Origin: Acidobacteriota bacterium
GTDB lineage: Bacteria > Acidobacteriota > UBA6911 > RPQK01 > JAJDTT01
Length of the DNA stretch: 64,000 nucleotides
Reading direction: 5' to 3'
Assembly: GCA_965217775.1 (NCBI GenBank)
Contig: CBDCJH010000002.1
Coordinates: forward strand, 3,264,001-3,328,000
The notes below the pieces were generated by a model. That model did not search any database. It was not told where the DNA came from and was given only the letters and a program-made list of their open reading frames with translations. Shown in pieces: positions 55,751 to 64,000 of this stretch. Numbering within the stretch: the stretch's first letter is position 1; every line of letters starts with the position of its first letter. Both the position numbers and the translations under genes were made by a program.

Positions 55751-57226
55751 ATGACGGAGGGATGGGGCCGCTGTCACCACCTGTTCATTCTCACACTTCT
55801 GTTCTGCCAAGCTGGCGCAAAGGATCTCCGGGAGCCTCTTGTCATCGGCTCCCGGCTGGAGCTGTTCGTGGACGACTACCTCATCGAGTCCACCCACGGA
55901 GTCGACCTTCGGCTGCATAGTCCGCGGCTTGCCGAGAAGGCCATCTCGTTCGACCGGCCCTGGGAGGGGGTGACCAGCGGCGTGGTCACGGTCTTCAAGG
56001 ATGGCGACCTCTATCGGATGTACTACCGGGGGGACAGTAGCGAGCCCGATCACTATGTGGTCCCGTCTCTTCTGCGGAAGGGGGAACAGGTGATTCCGGC
56101 CCACGATGAGGTGACCTGCTACGCCGAGAGCAGGGACGGAATCACCTGGACCAAACCGAATCTGGGGTTTTTCGAGTTCCAGGGCTCCAAGCAGAACAAC
56201 ATCGTCTGGACGGAACATTCTCACGCCTTTGCCCCCTTCAAGGACGCGAACCCGGCAGCACCATCATCCCAGCGCTACAAGGCCTTCGGAATCGAGCGCC
56301 GGGACGGCAAGAGCACCCTGGCCGGGTTCGTCTCCTCCGACGGTATTCACTGGAGCAAGATCCGCGAAGAGCCTCTCCTCACCGACGGGGCCTTCGACAG
56401 TCTCAACTTGGCGTTCTGGGATCCGGTGAGGGAACACTACGTGGCCATCTACCGCGACTTCTGGTACGGAGTCCGGACCATCAAACACGCTACCTCCAAC
56501 GATTTCATCCACTGGACTCGCGGCGAGTGGGCCAGCTTCGGCGACAGGCCGCCCGAGCACCTCTACACCAACGCGGCCCAGCCCTATTTTCGGGCGCCCC
56601 ACATCTATCTTTCCTTCCCCATGCGCTTTCATCCCTGGCGAACCTTTCATGCCGACGCTCCCACGCCAGGCCTGTCCGACGGCGTCTTCATGACCAGTCG
56701 AGACGGCGTCCATTGGGATCGGCGTTTTTTGGAGGCCTTTATCCGTCCCGGCCGGGATCAGAGGAACTGGATCCAACGGACCAATGTGACGGCTCCCAGC
56801 GTGGTGCCCACCGGGCCGGACGAGATCTCCCTCTACGCCCATCGCAACTACACCTCACCCAGCCACTACTACCAGCGCCTAGTCCTGCGTACCGATGGGT
56901 TCGTTTCTGCTCACGCCGACTACAACGAGGGAGACATAGTTACCAAACCTCTGGTGTTCGAAGGCGAGAACCTGGTCCTCAACTACGCCACTTCGGCCCT
57001 GGGAAGCATCCGGATCGAGATCCAGGACCAGGCAGGCCATCCCCTGCCCGGCTTTTCGCTGCAGGAATCACCCGTCATCTTCGGCGACCAGATCGAGCGG
57101 GAAGTCGACTGGAAGCGTCCTGCCAGCCGGACCGATCGAGGACCTTTGAGCCGGCTCGCCGGCCGCCCGGTTCGCCTGCGTTTCGTCATGAAGGACGCCG
57201 ACCTTTATTCGTTGCAGTTCCGTTAG
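55751..57226 (+). CDS. Secreted beta-propeller + beta-sandwich glycosidase-like protein (paralog 3)
   Basis: ELFVDD, PWEG, FDSLNLAFWD, EHLYTN, LRTDGFVS and DADLYSLQF motifs. Confidence 0.8.
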   Translation: MTEGWGRCHHLFILTLLFCQAGAKDLREPLVIGSRLELFVDDYLIESTHGVDLRLHSPRLAEKAISFDRPWEGVTSGVVTVFKDGDLYRMYYRGDSSEPDHYVVPSLLRKGEQVIPAHDEVTCYAESRDGITWTKPNLGFFEFQGSKQNNIVWTEHSHAFAPFKDANPAAPSSQRYKAFGIERRDGKSTLAGFVSSDGIHWSKIREEPLLTDGAFDSLNLAFWDPVREHYVAIYRDFWYGVRTIKHATSNDFIHWTRGEWASFGDRPPEHLYTNAAQPYFRAPHIYLSFPMRFHPWRTFHADAPTPGLSDGVFMTSRDGVHWDRRFLEAFIRPGRDQRNWIQRTNVTAPSVVPTGPDEISLYAHRNYTSPSHYYQRLVLRTDGFVSAHADYNEGDIVTKPLVFEGENLVLNYATSALGSIRIEIQDQAGHPLPGFSLQESPVIFGDQIEREVDWKRPASRTDRGPLSRLAGRPVRLRFVMKDADLYSLQFR

Positions 57227-57279
57227 TCGGCCGGTATGGCGACGAGCCAAAGGGCAAGCGCGAACCGGAGGAAGACACC

Positions 57280-57541
57280 ATGACATTGACCACGGCTCAA
57301 CTGAAACAGTACGAGCAGGAGGGCTTCGCCGTCGGCGGGTGCATACTGTGTGTGAATGAGCTGACCCGACTCCGTGCGGAGATCGACAGTCTGATCGAGA
57401 CTCTTTCTCCGAGGGAGACATCCCGAGAACATGCCCTCGGTTCACTATGGCCGGCCCTACTTCCTGGATTTGCTTCTGGACCAGCGGCTGTTGGACGTGG
57501 CGGAGAAGATCCTGGGGCCCGACATTACGCACTTTACCTCG
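57280..57541 (+). pseudogene. Phytanoyl-CoA dioxygenase (PhyH)-like N-terminal fragment, frameshifted
   Basis: MTLTTAQLKQYEQEGF then, in another frame, FLDLLLDQRLLDVAEKILGPDI; no HxD catalytic region. Confidence 0.65.
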
Positions 57542-57716
57542 GGGATGTCGTCACCCGTGGAGCCCGGACCCGAAGCGGTGACGGACATCGAGGTCTTCAT
57601 CGACCATCACCTCATGGATCGTCTGGTTGGAGTGTCGCTGCGTGGCTACACTTTCTGCTGCGCGACATCGAACTGCACGCTCTGCAATTCGTGAAGGGCT
57701 GAGGAGAACCCGCACC

Positions 57717-59168
57717 ATGCACCTGAGAACCAGTGCCATTTTCGCCGCTCTGGCGACGATCATCGCCGAGGGGGTCGCTCCTGCGGCCGATCCCGTCGAC
57801 ATCGGAACACGGCGAGAGCTGTTTGTGGATCATTTCCTGATCGACAAGGTCGCCGGCGCCCGTCTTCAACTCCACCATCCCCGCCGGGAAGGTCCAGCCG
57901 TGCATTTCGTGGACAAACCCTGGGAGGGCCACCTCAGCGGCTACGTGACCGTGCTCAAGGACGGTCCCCTGTACCGAATGTACTATCGGGGCCGTTCCGA
58001 ATTGGGACGAGGGGACCGAAACGTCGTCGAGGTGACCTGTGTGGCTGAGTCGGAGGACGGCATTCGCTGGACGAAGCCGGCGCTGGGCTTTTATGAAATC
58101 CATGGGACCAGGGAAAACAACGTGGTACTGGCGGGCAAGCCTCCCTACTCGCACAACTTCTCTCCCTGGATCGACACGCGGCCCGGGGTGCCCGCCAAGG
58201 AACGGTACAAGTCCCTTTCCGGCCTGTATCCGGAGGGGTTGGCCCTCTTCGTCTCGGCCGACGGCCTGCGCTGGACGCTGGATAAGGAGCCAGCCGTCAC
58301 CTACCCGGGCAAGGCCTTCGACAGCCAGGCGTGTGCCTTCTGGTCAGACAATGAGGGGCAGTACGTCTGTTATTTCCGGACCTTCAAGAACGGGATGCGC
58401 TGGATCTCTCGGACCACCAGCCGGGACTGCCGGAGTTGGACGACACCAGTCGAGATGCACTATGGAGACACCCCACCCGAGCAGTTCTACACCAATATGA
58501 CCCAGCCCTATTACCGCGCCCCGCACATCTACATCGCTCTGGCACAGCGCTTTTTCCCCCGCCGCTCGGCGCTGCCGGAAGCGGAGTCCGCTCGCTTGGT
58601 GTCCGACGCGGCACTGAGGGGCTTCAGCAGCGACGTGGCCCTCATGAGCACCCGGGGGGGCAGGGTCTATCATCGAACTTTTCTCGAATCCTTCATCCGA
58701 CCCGGACGCACCGCCCGTGACTGGGCAAGCCGCAACAACACCGCCGCCTGGGGCATCGTTCCGGCCGCAGCCGATCCCCGAACTCTCTACATTTACCGCC
58801 AAGCGGACGTGGCTCAGCCCACGAACCACGCGATTCGGTACTCGCTTCGAGTGGATGGCTTTGCCTCGGTGTGGGCTCCTTTTGCGGGCGGCGAGCTGAT
58901 CACAAAACCGCTCATCTTTCGGGGAAGCCGACTGGAGATCAATTTCGATACGTCCGCAGCGGGCTCCATCCGTGTCGAGCTCCAGGATCCATCAGGCCGC
59001 CCACTGCCCGGGTTTGTACTCGAAGACTGCGAAGAGATACTCGGAAATGAGATCAGCAGAGTCGTCCGCTGGCGCAACCGAGAGGACCTCGGCGCCTTGG
59101 CCGGCAAGCCGATCCGCCTCCGATTCGTCATGAAGGACGCCGACCTCTACTCTCTCCGATTCCAGTAG
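57717..59168 (+). CDS. Secreted beta-propeller + beta-sandwich glycosidase-like protein (paralog 4)
   Basis: ELFVDH, PWEG, FDSQ, EQFYTN, LRVDGFAS and DADLYSLRFQ motifs. Confidence 0.8.
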   Translation: MHLRTSAIFAALATIIAEGVAPAADPVDIGTRRELFVDHFLIDKVAGARLQLHHPRREGPAVHFVDKPWEGHLSGYVTVLKDGPLYRMYYRGRSELGRGDRNVVEVTCVAESEDGIRWTKPALGFYEIHGTRENNVVLAGKPPYSHNFSPWIDTRPGVPAKERYKSLSGLYPEGLALFVSADGLRWTLDKEPAVTYPGKAFDSQACAFWSDNEGQYVCYFRTFKNGMRWISRTTSRDCRSWTTPVEMHYGDTPPEQFYTNMTQPYYRAPHIYIALAQRFFPRRSALPEAESARLVSDAALRGFSSDVALMSTRGGRVYHRTFLESFIRPGRTARDWASRNNTAAWGIVPAAADPRTLYIYRQADVAQPTNHAIRYSLRVDGFASVWAPFAGGELITKPLIFRGSRLEINFDTSAAGSIRVELQDPSGRPLPGFVLEDCEEILGNEISRVVRWRNREDLGALAGKPIRLRFVMKDADLYSLRFQ

Positions 59169-59476
59169 GACTTGGCACGCACTTATCATCGGAGGGTGCG
59201 CAACGGCGTTCGAGGGACCGAAGAATCTGGACAGGATTAAGAGCAACGATACCGGGTTCGCCGTGGCCAAGATGGCGGAAATGACTCGTCTTGAGAGTAT
59301 GCTTGGTGCTTGACCCTGGTCCTTGCCTTCCCGTGACCCCCGGCGCAGAGCCCGACGGCGTGCGTCAAGGTGCCGTCTGGAATTCAGCCACCACTCCGGT
59401 GATCGACTTGACACGATCGCCGAGGATCTGCGAGTTCTTGCGCGTGCACGCCAGGCACCTGATCCTCCTTGCCACC

Positions 59477-60793
59477 ATGACCGCCGCGTCGGTCCCTGCC
59501 TGTACGGTGGAAACCGATTCCCGGCGGAACCGCCCCAACATCGTCCTGATCATGGCGGACGATCTGGGCTACGAGGCCCTGGGCGCCTACGGAGGCAGCT
59601 CGTACTCGACACCTATGCTGGACCGATTGGCCCGCCAGGGGATTCGCTTTGACCACGCCTACTCACAGCCGCTTTGCACCAACACCCGGGTACAGCTGAT
59701 GACAGGCCGCTACCAGCACCGCTACTGGCAGGCCTTCGGCATCCTGCCGAACCGGGAGCGAACCATTGGCCATCTGATGCAGGCGGCGGGCTACCGGACG
59801 CTGATTGCCGGGAAATGGCAGTTGCACAGCTATGACCCAGTGGACTATCCCGGCGCGGAGGAGAGACGGGGAACGGGAATGCGGGGGGCCGAATCGGGAT
59901 TCGACGAGTATCTACTCTGGCACGCCTGGCATGCCGAGGACAAAGGATCACGGTATGCGGATCCCACCTTCGACCTCAACGGGGAGCTGATCAAGGAGAA
60001 AATGGGAGTTTACGGATCCGACATCTTCGTGGACTACATCAACGATTTCGTAGAACGAAACCGCGGCGTTCCGTTCTTTGTCTACTACCCGATGGTGCTT
60101 ACACACGACCCCTTCGTACCCACTCCGGACAGTCCCCGATGGCACGATGAATCCCGGCGTCACCTGCAGGATCCGGCCTATTTCGCCGACATGGTCGCCT
60201 ACATGGACAAGCTGGTTGGAAAGATTGTGGCCATCCTCGACCGGCTGGATCTGCGCCAAAAGACTCTCGTCTTGTTCTACGCCGACAACGGCACCCACAG
60301 GTCGATTTCATCGCGGCTCGGCAGCCGGATGATCCAGGGTGGAAAGGGAAAGACGACCGATGCCGGTACCCGAGTGCCGATGATCATCAGCTGGCCCGGA
60401 ACCGTGCCGGCCGGCGTGGTGTCAGAGGATCTCATCGACTCGGTCGATATCTACCCGACGCTCGCAGAGCTGGCGGGCACCCGGCTCCCAGACCAACCCC
60501 TGATCGACGGCATCAGTTTTGCGGATCGGCTATTGGGCCGGGACGGCGATCCCCGCAACTGGATCTTCGTAAACTTCGAGCCGAGACCGGGATGGGACAA
60601 GGACAAGTACTCGGAACTCACCTTCGTCCGCGACCATAAATACAAGCTGTACGATAACGGAGAGCTCTATGACGTCGAATCCGATGTGCTCGAAGCCAAC
60701 CCCATTCAGGCGTCCGTGCGCACCAAGATGCAACGGCGGATCACCGAGAAGTTTCAGAGCGTCATGGAGAGACTCCAGGGCCGCAAGGAATGA
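59477..60793 (+). CDS. Sulfatase-like hydrolase with atypical CTNTR motif
   Basis: PNIVLIMADDLGY, PLCTNTRVQLMTGR, GKWQL and ADNGT motifs; start may be somewhat upstream. Confidence 0.88.
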   Translation: MTAASVPACTVETDSRRNRPNIVLIMADDLGYEALGAYGGSSYSTPMLDRLARQGIRFDHAYSQPLCTNTRVQLMTGRYQHRYWQAFGILPNRERTIGHLMQAAGYRTLIAGKWQLHSYDPVDYPGAEERRGTGMRGAESGFDEYLLWHAWHAEDKGSRYADPTFDLNGELIKEKMGVYGSDIFVDYINDFVERNRGVPFFVYYPMVLTHDPFVPTPDSPRWHDESRRHLQDPAYFADMVAYMDKLVGKIVAILDRLDLRQKTLVLFYADNGTHRSISSRLGSRMIQGGKGKTTDAGTRVPMIISWPGTVPAGVVSEDLIDSVDIYPTLAELAGTRLPDQPLIDGISFADRLLGRDGDPRNWIFVNFEPRPGWDKDKYSELTFVRDHKYKLYDNGELYDVESDVLEANPIQASVRTKMQRRITEKFQSVMERLQGRKE

Positions 60794-60902
60794 CCGGCGG
60801 GCGCCGACCCGACTGCGCCTGCGGCCTCCCTCCATCGCCCGCCGTCGATTCGTAGCCAATCCGGGTGCCATTTTCGGGAGGTGAAACTGGCGCGAACCCT
60901 CA

Positions 60903-61065
60903 TTAGCGACGCTCCATCCGCACCTCATGCAGGAGCCTCCGCTGCTACTGCACGGTCGCGGCATGAGAGGGGTCATCGGCAAGATTCACCAGTTTCTGAG
61001 GATCCTCCCGATGATCGTAGAGTTCCCGGCCCCTCATGCCTTCCTCCCAGTCGCTGAAACGGCAG
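60903..61065 (-). pseudogene. C-terminal remnant of another sulfatase
   Basis: [32 protein letters not shown] is a typical sulfatase C-terminus. Confidence 0.6.
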
Positions 61066-61069
61066 GGCG

Positions 61070-62070
61070 CGATCTTCATCTTCACGACCGACAACGGCTC
61101 GTCGGCCGGAGACCTCGTGTTCAACGCAGGCATGCGGGGCAGGAAGGGGAGCGAATACGATGGGGGCCATCGGGTGCCGTTCTTCATCCACTGGCCGGAA
61201 GGTGGCCTCATCGGCGGAAGGGACGTCGACCCCATCACAGCTCACGTCGACGTGCTGCCGACTCTGGCTGACCTATGTGGGATCCGGGCGCCGAAGGGCG
61301 TGAAGCTGGATGGGCGGAGCGTCCGCCCCCTGTTGTTCGGTGAGGCGGCCCCGGAGGATGGCAGTTGGCCCGACCGGATCCTGGTCACGGACTCGCAGCG
61401 GGTCAAGGATCCACTCAAGTGGCGCAAGAGTTCGGTCATGACGAGCCGCTGGCGGCTGGTCAATGGAGAAGAGCTCTACGACATCAAGTCCGACCCTGGC
61501 CAACGGCAGGACGTCGCCCCGTCGCATCCGCAGGTGGTGGCACGCCTGAGGGACTTCTACGAATCCTGGTGGGCCGAGTTGGAGCCGACCTTTCGGCAGG
61601 ACGCCCGGATCTATCTGGGACACGAAGCGGACAATCCGACGACTCTGACCAGTCACGACTGGATCGCCACGGACTATACCCCCTGGAACCATTCCCACAT
61701 CCGCGATGCCCTGACCGGTGCCGGCCACATCGGTCACTGGAACGTCCACGTGGCCCAAAAGGGCGACTATGAGTTCCGCCTGCGTCGCTGGCCGGCAGCA
61801 GCGGACACGCCGATCACGACCGGCCTCGACCCCGGCGAACCGGTCCCGGGCGAGCCGGCCTTCCGGACCACGCCGGGGAAGGCTCTGGCGATCGTGAAGG
61901 CTACCTTGGAGATCGCTGACCGGGAAGTGGAGAAACCCGTCGCCCCCGGTGCCAACGACGTCGTCTTCAACCTGAATCTGAGCCCCGGCCCCGCCACGCT
62001 GACGGCCCGCTTGATCGCCAGGGAAGGCCAAGCCTACGGGGCATACTATGTGTCGGTGAAGAGACGGTGA
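61070..62070 (+). pseudogene. 5'-truncated duplicate of arylsulfatase 31554..33377
   Basis: Homology begins abruptly at IFIFTTDNG; catalytic CxPxR region absent. Confidence 0.88.
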
Positions 62071-62166
62071 AGCCGGTCCCACCCCGACGCGCGCAGTGAG
62101 AAGCTCAGTGGAGAACGTCATCGGCACCCGCAACGGATGCCGGGTTCGTGCCAGCCTTCCTATCAA

Positions 62167-62325
62167 CAGTCCGCGGCAAAAGTACCGCGTCGCACCGCCC
62201 CCGGGGCTACGCTCGACGACAAGGCGCGACGAGGAAGCAGACTCGACCGGATGTGCCCGGGGAGCAACGCATTCCGCCGGAATGCAGACCCGGTCGAATG
62301 CCGTGACGACGTTGGCCCCGGGCTG
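62167..62325. mobile_element. MITE-like element family A, diverged copy
   Basis: CAGTCCGCGGCAAAAGT left end, internal ACAAGGCGC and GCAACGCA, CGGTCGAATGCCGTGACGAC...GGGCTG right end; flanks TCAA/TCAT. Confidence 0.65.
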
Positions 62326-62376
62326 TCATCCCGCTTACCCGACGAGTTGGAGCGGACGGCAGACTTTCAGTCGAGA

Positions 62377-63852
62377 TCACAACGTCCAACCGGGACGATA
62401 TTCCCGCCTGAGCAGCGCGTTGGCCGCCGGAGAGTCGGTGACCTGCAAATTGGCGGCGTCCCAGTCGAGTTTGGCGCCGGTGCGGTAGGCGAGGCTACCC
62501 AGCATGACCGCCTCCGAGATGGGGCCGGAAGCGCCGAAGTTGCAGCTCGTCGCGCTCCCGGTCTTACAGGCGGCAATCCACTCGGCGCGATGGCCGACTT
62601 CAGCCGTACGACGCCAGTCCGGGTGAGCCTTGTAGGCGGCCACCCATGGAGCGCGAAGACCGATTTCCGCACCGATCGACGGCGGGAGGTTCGGCTCGGG
62701 CGGCTTGAAGTCCGCGAACTTTTCGGCGGGCCAGAGCATCCGCTGCCCGTAGCTTGCCAGCAGCATTCCCTCGGTGCCCACGAAGACGCCCCAGGGCCAG
62801 TCGGGAAACTCGTTCTCCGCAAAAACTGCCGGTGGTTGAGTTCCATGTGTCCAGGTCAGCGTGACCGGCGGCATCTCTCCGCGGGCCGGGAAACGGTAGC
62901 GGACGTGAAGCTGGCCGGGTGTCGTCTCGGGGTGAGGTGGCTGCCCCTCGGCCTCCACTGAGACCGGATAGCGAAGATTCAGAGCCCGGAAGGCCAACGT
63001 CAGGTAGTGGCAGCCCATGTTGCCGAGATTTCCGGAGCCGAAATCCCACCACCGATGCCAGTTGCCGCCGCAACCGCGGGAATAGGTGGGATGATAGGGG
63101 CGGTAAGGCGCCGGCCCCAGGAAAAGATCCCAGTGAAGCCCTTTGGGGATGGGCGGCGTCTCCGTCGGGCGGTCACTTGGGCCGCGTCCCGAGCGGAGCC
63201 AGATATGGCATTCCTCCACCTCGCCGATGGCTCCGGTACGGATCAGTTCGACGACGCGGCGGTGGTTGTCCGAGGCGTGCATCTGGGTTCCCAATTGTGT
63301 CGCCACCTGCTGCTCGGCAGCCACCTTGGCCATCATGCGGGCCTCGAAGACCGAATTGGCTCCCGGCTTCTCGCAGTAAACGTGCTTGCCGAGCCGCATC
63401 GCCGCGACACTCGCCGGAGCGTGGTTGTGGTTTGGAGTACTCACCACCACGGCGTCGATCTGGCGGCCGAATTCGTCGAGCATCCTCCGGTAATCGTTGA
63501 ATTTCTTTGCTCCTCCATAGCGGGCGAAGGCGTGGCTCGGAGGATTCCGGCGTCCTGGAGTCAATTCGGCCGCCGCCCGTTCGTCCACGTCGCAGAGAGC
63601 CACGATGTTCTCCCCGGTCATTTCCGGCTGCGAGGACGGCTTGACTCTCATGCCCGACTGGAATTCCACGTTTTCCCCCGCGATGTGGGCGAGGTTCCAT
63701 CCCCCCATTCCGCCGGCGCCGACAACGGCGACATCAAGCTTCTCATTGGCCGGGTAGCCCCAAACCGAACCGCTGTTCCGGAGAATCACCAACCCCGCCG
63801 CTGCACGGCCCGCAGTGCTGAGAAAATGTCGGCGCTTCCACTGGTTCGTCAT
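62377..63852 (-). CDS. Tat-exported Gfo/Idh/MocA family oxidoreductase
   Basis: KRRHFL Tat signal; VVGAGGMG, STPNHNH, GKHVYCEKP and GNMGCHY motifs. Confidence 0.93.
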   Translation of the reverse strand: MTNQWKRRHFLSTAGRAAAGLVILRNSGSVWGYPANEKLDVAVVGAGGMGGWNLAHIAGENVEFQSGMRVKPSSQPEMTGENIVALCDVDERAAAELTPGRRNPPSHAFARYGGAKKFNDYRRMLDEFGRQIDAVVVSTPNHNHAPASVAAMRLGKHVYCEKPGANSVFEARMMAKVAAEQQVATQLGTQMHASDNHRRVVELIRTGAIGEVEECHIWLRSGRGPSDRPTETPPIPKGLHWDLFLGPAPYRPYHPTYSRGCGGNWHRWWDFGSGNLGNMGCHYLTLAFRALNLRYPVSVEAEGQPPHPETTPGQLHVRYRFPARGEMPPVTLTWTHGTQPPAVFAENEFPDWPWGVFVGTEGMLLASYGQRMLWPAEKFADFKPPEPNLPPSIGAEIGLRAPWVAAYKAHPDWRRTAEVGHRAEWIAACKTGSATSCNFGASGPISEAVMLGSLAYRTGAKLDWDAANLQVTDSPAANALLRREYRPGWTL

Positions 63853-63904
63853 TGTTACTTCTCCATCATTATCTGGCCATTCCGTGAGAATTGACTCGGA
63901 TTAA

Positions 63905-64000
63905 CAGTCCGTGGTGACAGTTCCGCGAGCACCGAGACCGTTCCTGCGCCCGCCGGACAAGGCGCAACGGAGGGAGCATATCGGGCGTATTTGACCGAAT
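63905..64000. mobile_element. MITE-like element family A, copy running off the window end
   Basis: Near-identical to 6464-6559; preceded by TTAA. Confidence 0.75.

Noticed and set aside
61036-61069. ATG at 61036 as a genuine start for the second sulfatase
   Set aside because: It lies in the antisense of an unrelated sulfatase remnant; the product would lack the catalytic motif
1-64000. CRISPR array or cas genes near the WYL pair
   Set aside because: No regularly spaced direct repeats or Cas motifs seen

Overview
GC-rich (roughly 60-65% by eye) bacterial chromosomal region. The Oar-type TonB-dependent receptor, GWxTD protein, CRTAC1/ASPIC-UnbV proteins, DUF1501/DUF1549-DUF1553 cluster and sulfatases suggest an Acidobacteriota-like heterotroph (inference). 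About 50 CDS/pseudogenes; no rRNA, tRNA, CRISPR array or transposase seen. Main elements: (1) a ~25 kb GntR-centred divergent uptake/degradation locus (35.8-60.8 kb) made largely of uncharacterised secreted proteins; (2) four intact paralogs plus one remnant of an uncharacterised beta-propeller/beta-sandwich glycosidase-like family; (3) a PafB/PafC-like WYL pair with no adjacent pafA, between a 7Fe ferredoxin/nicotinamidase-like unit and a SOD-fold lipoprotein that has lost most metal ligands; (4) two families of non-autonomous MITE-like elements with terminal inverted repeats and target-site duplications; (5) a Fic + uracil-DNA-glycosylase-family pair, several toxin-antitoxin modules (two with truncated toxins) and an McrC fragment; (6) a duplicated sulfatase/oxidoreductase pair whose two copies are reciprocally truncated. 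Family calls come from motif recognition only; no database searches were run.
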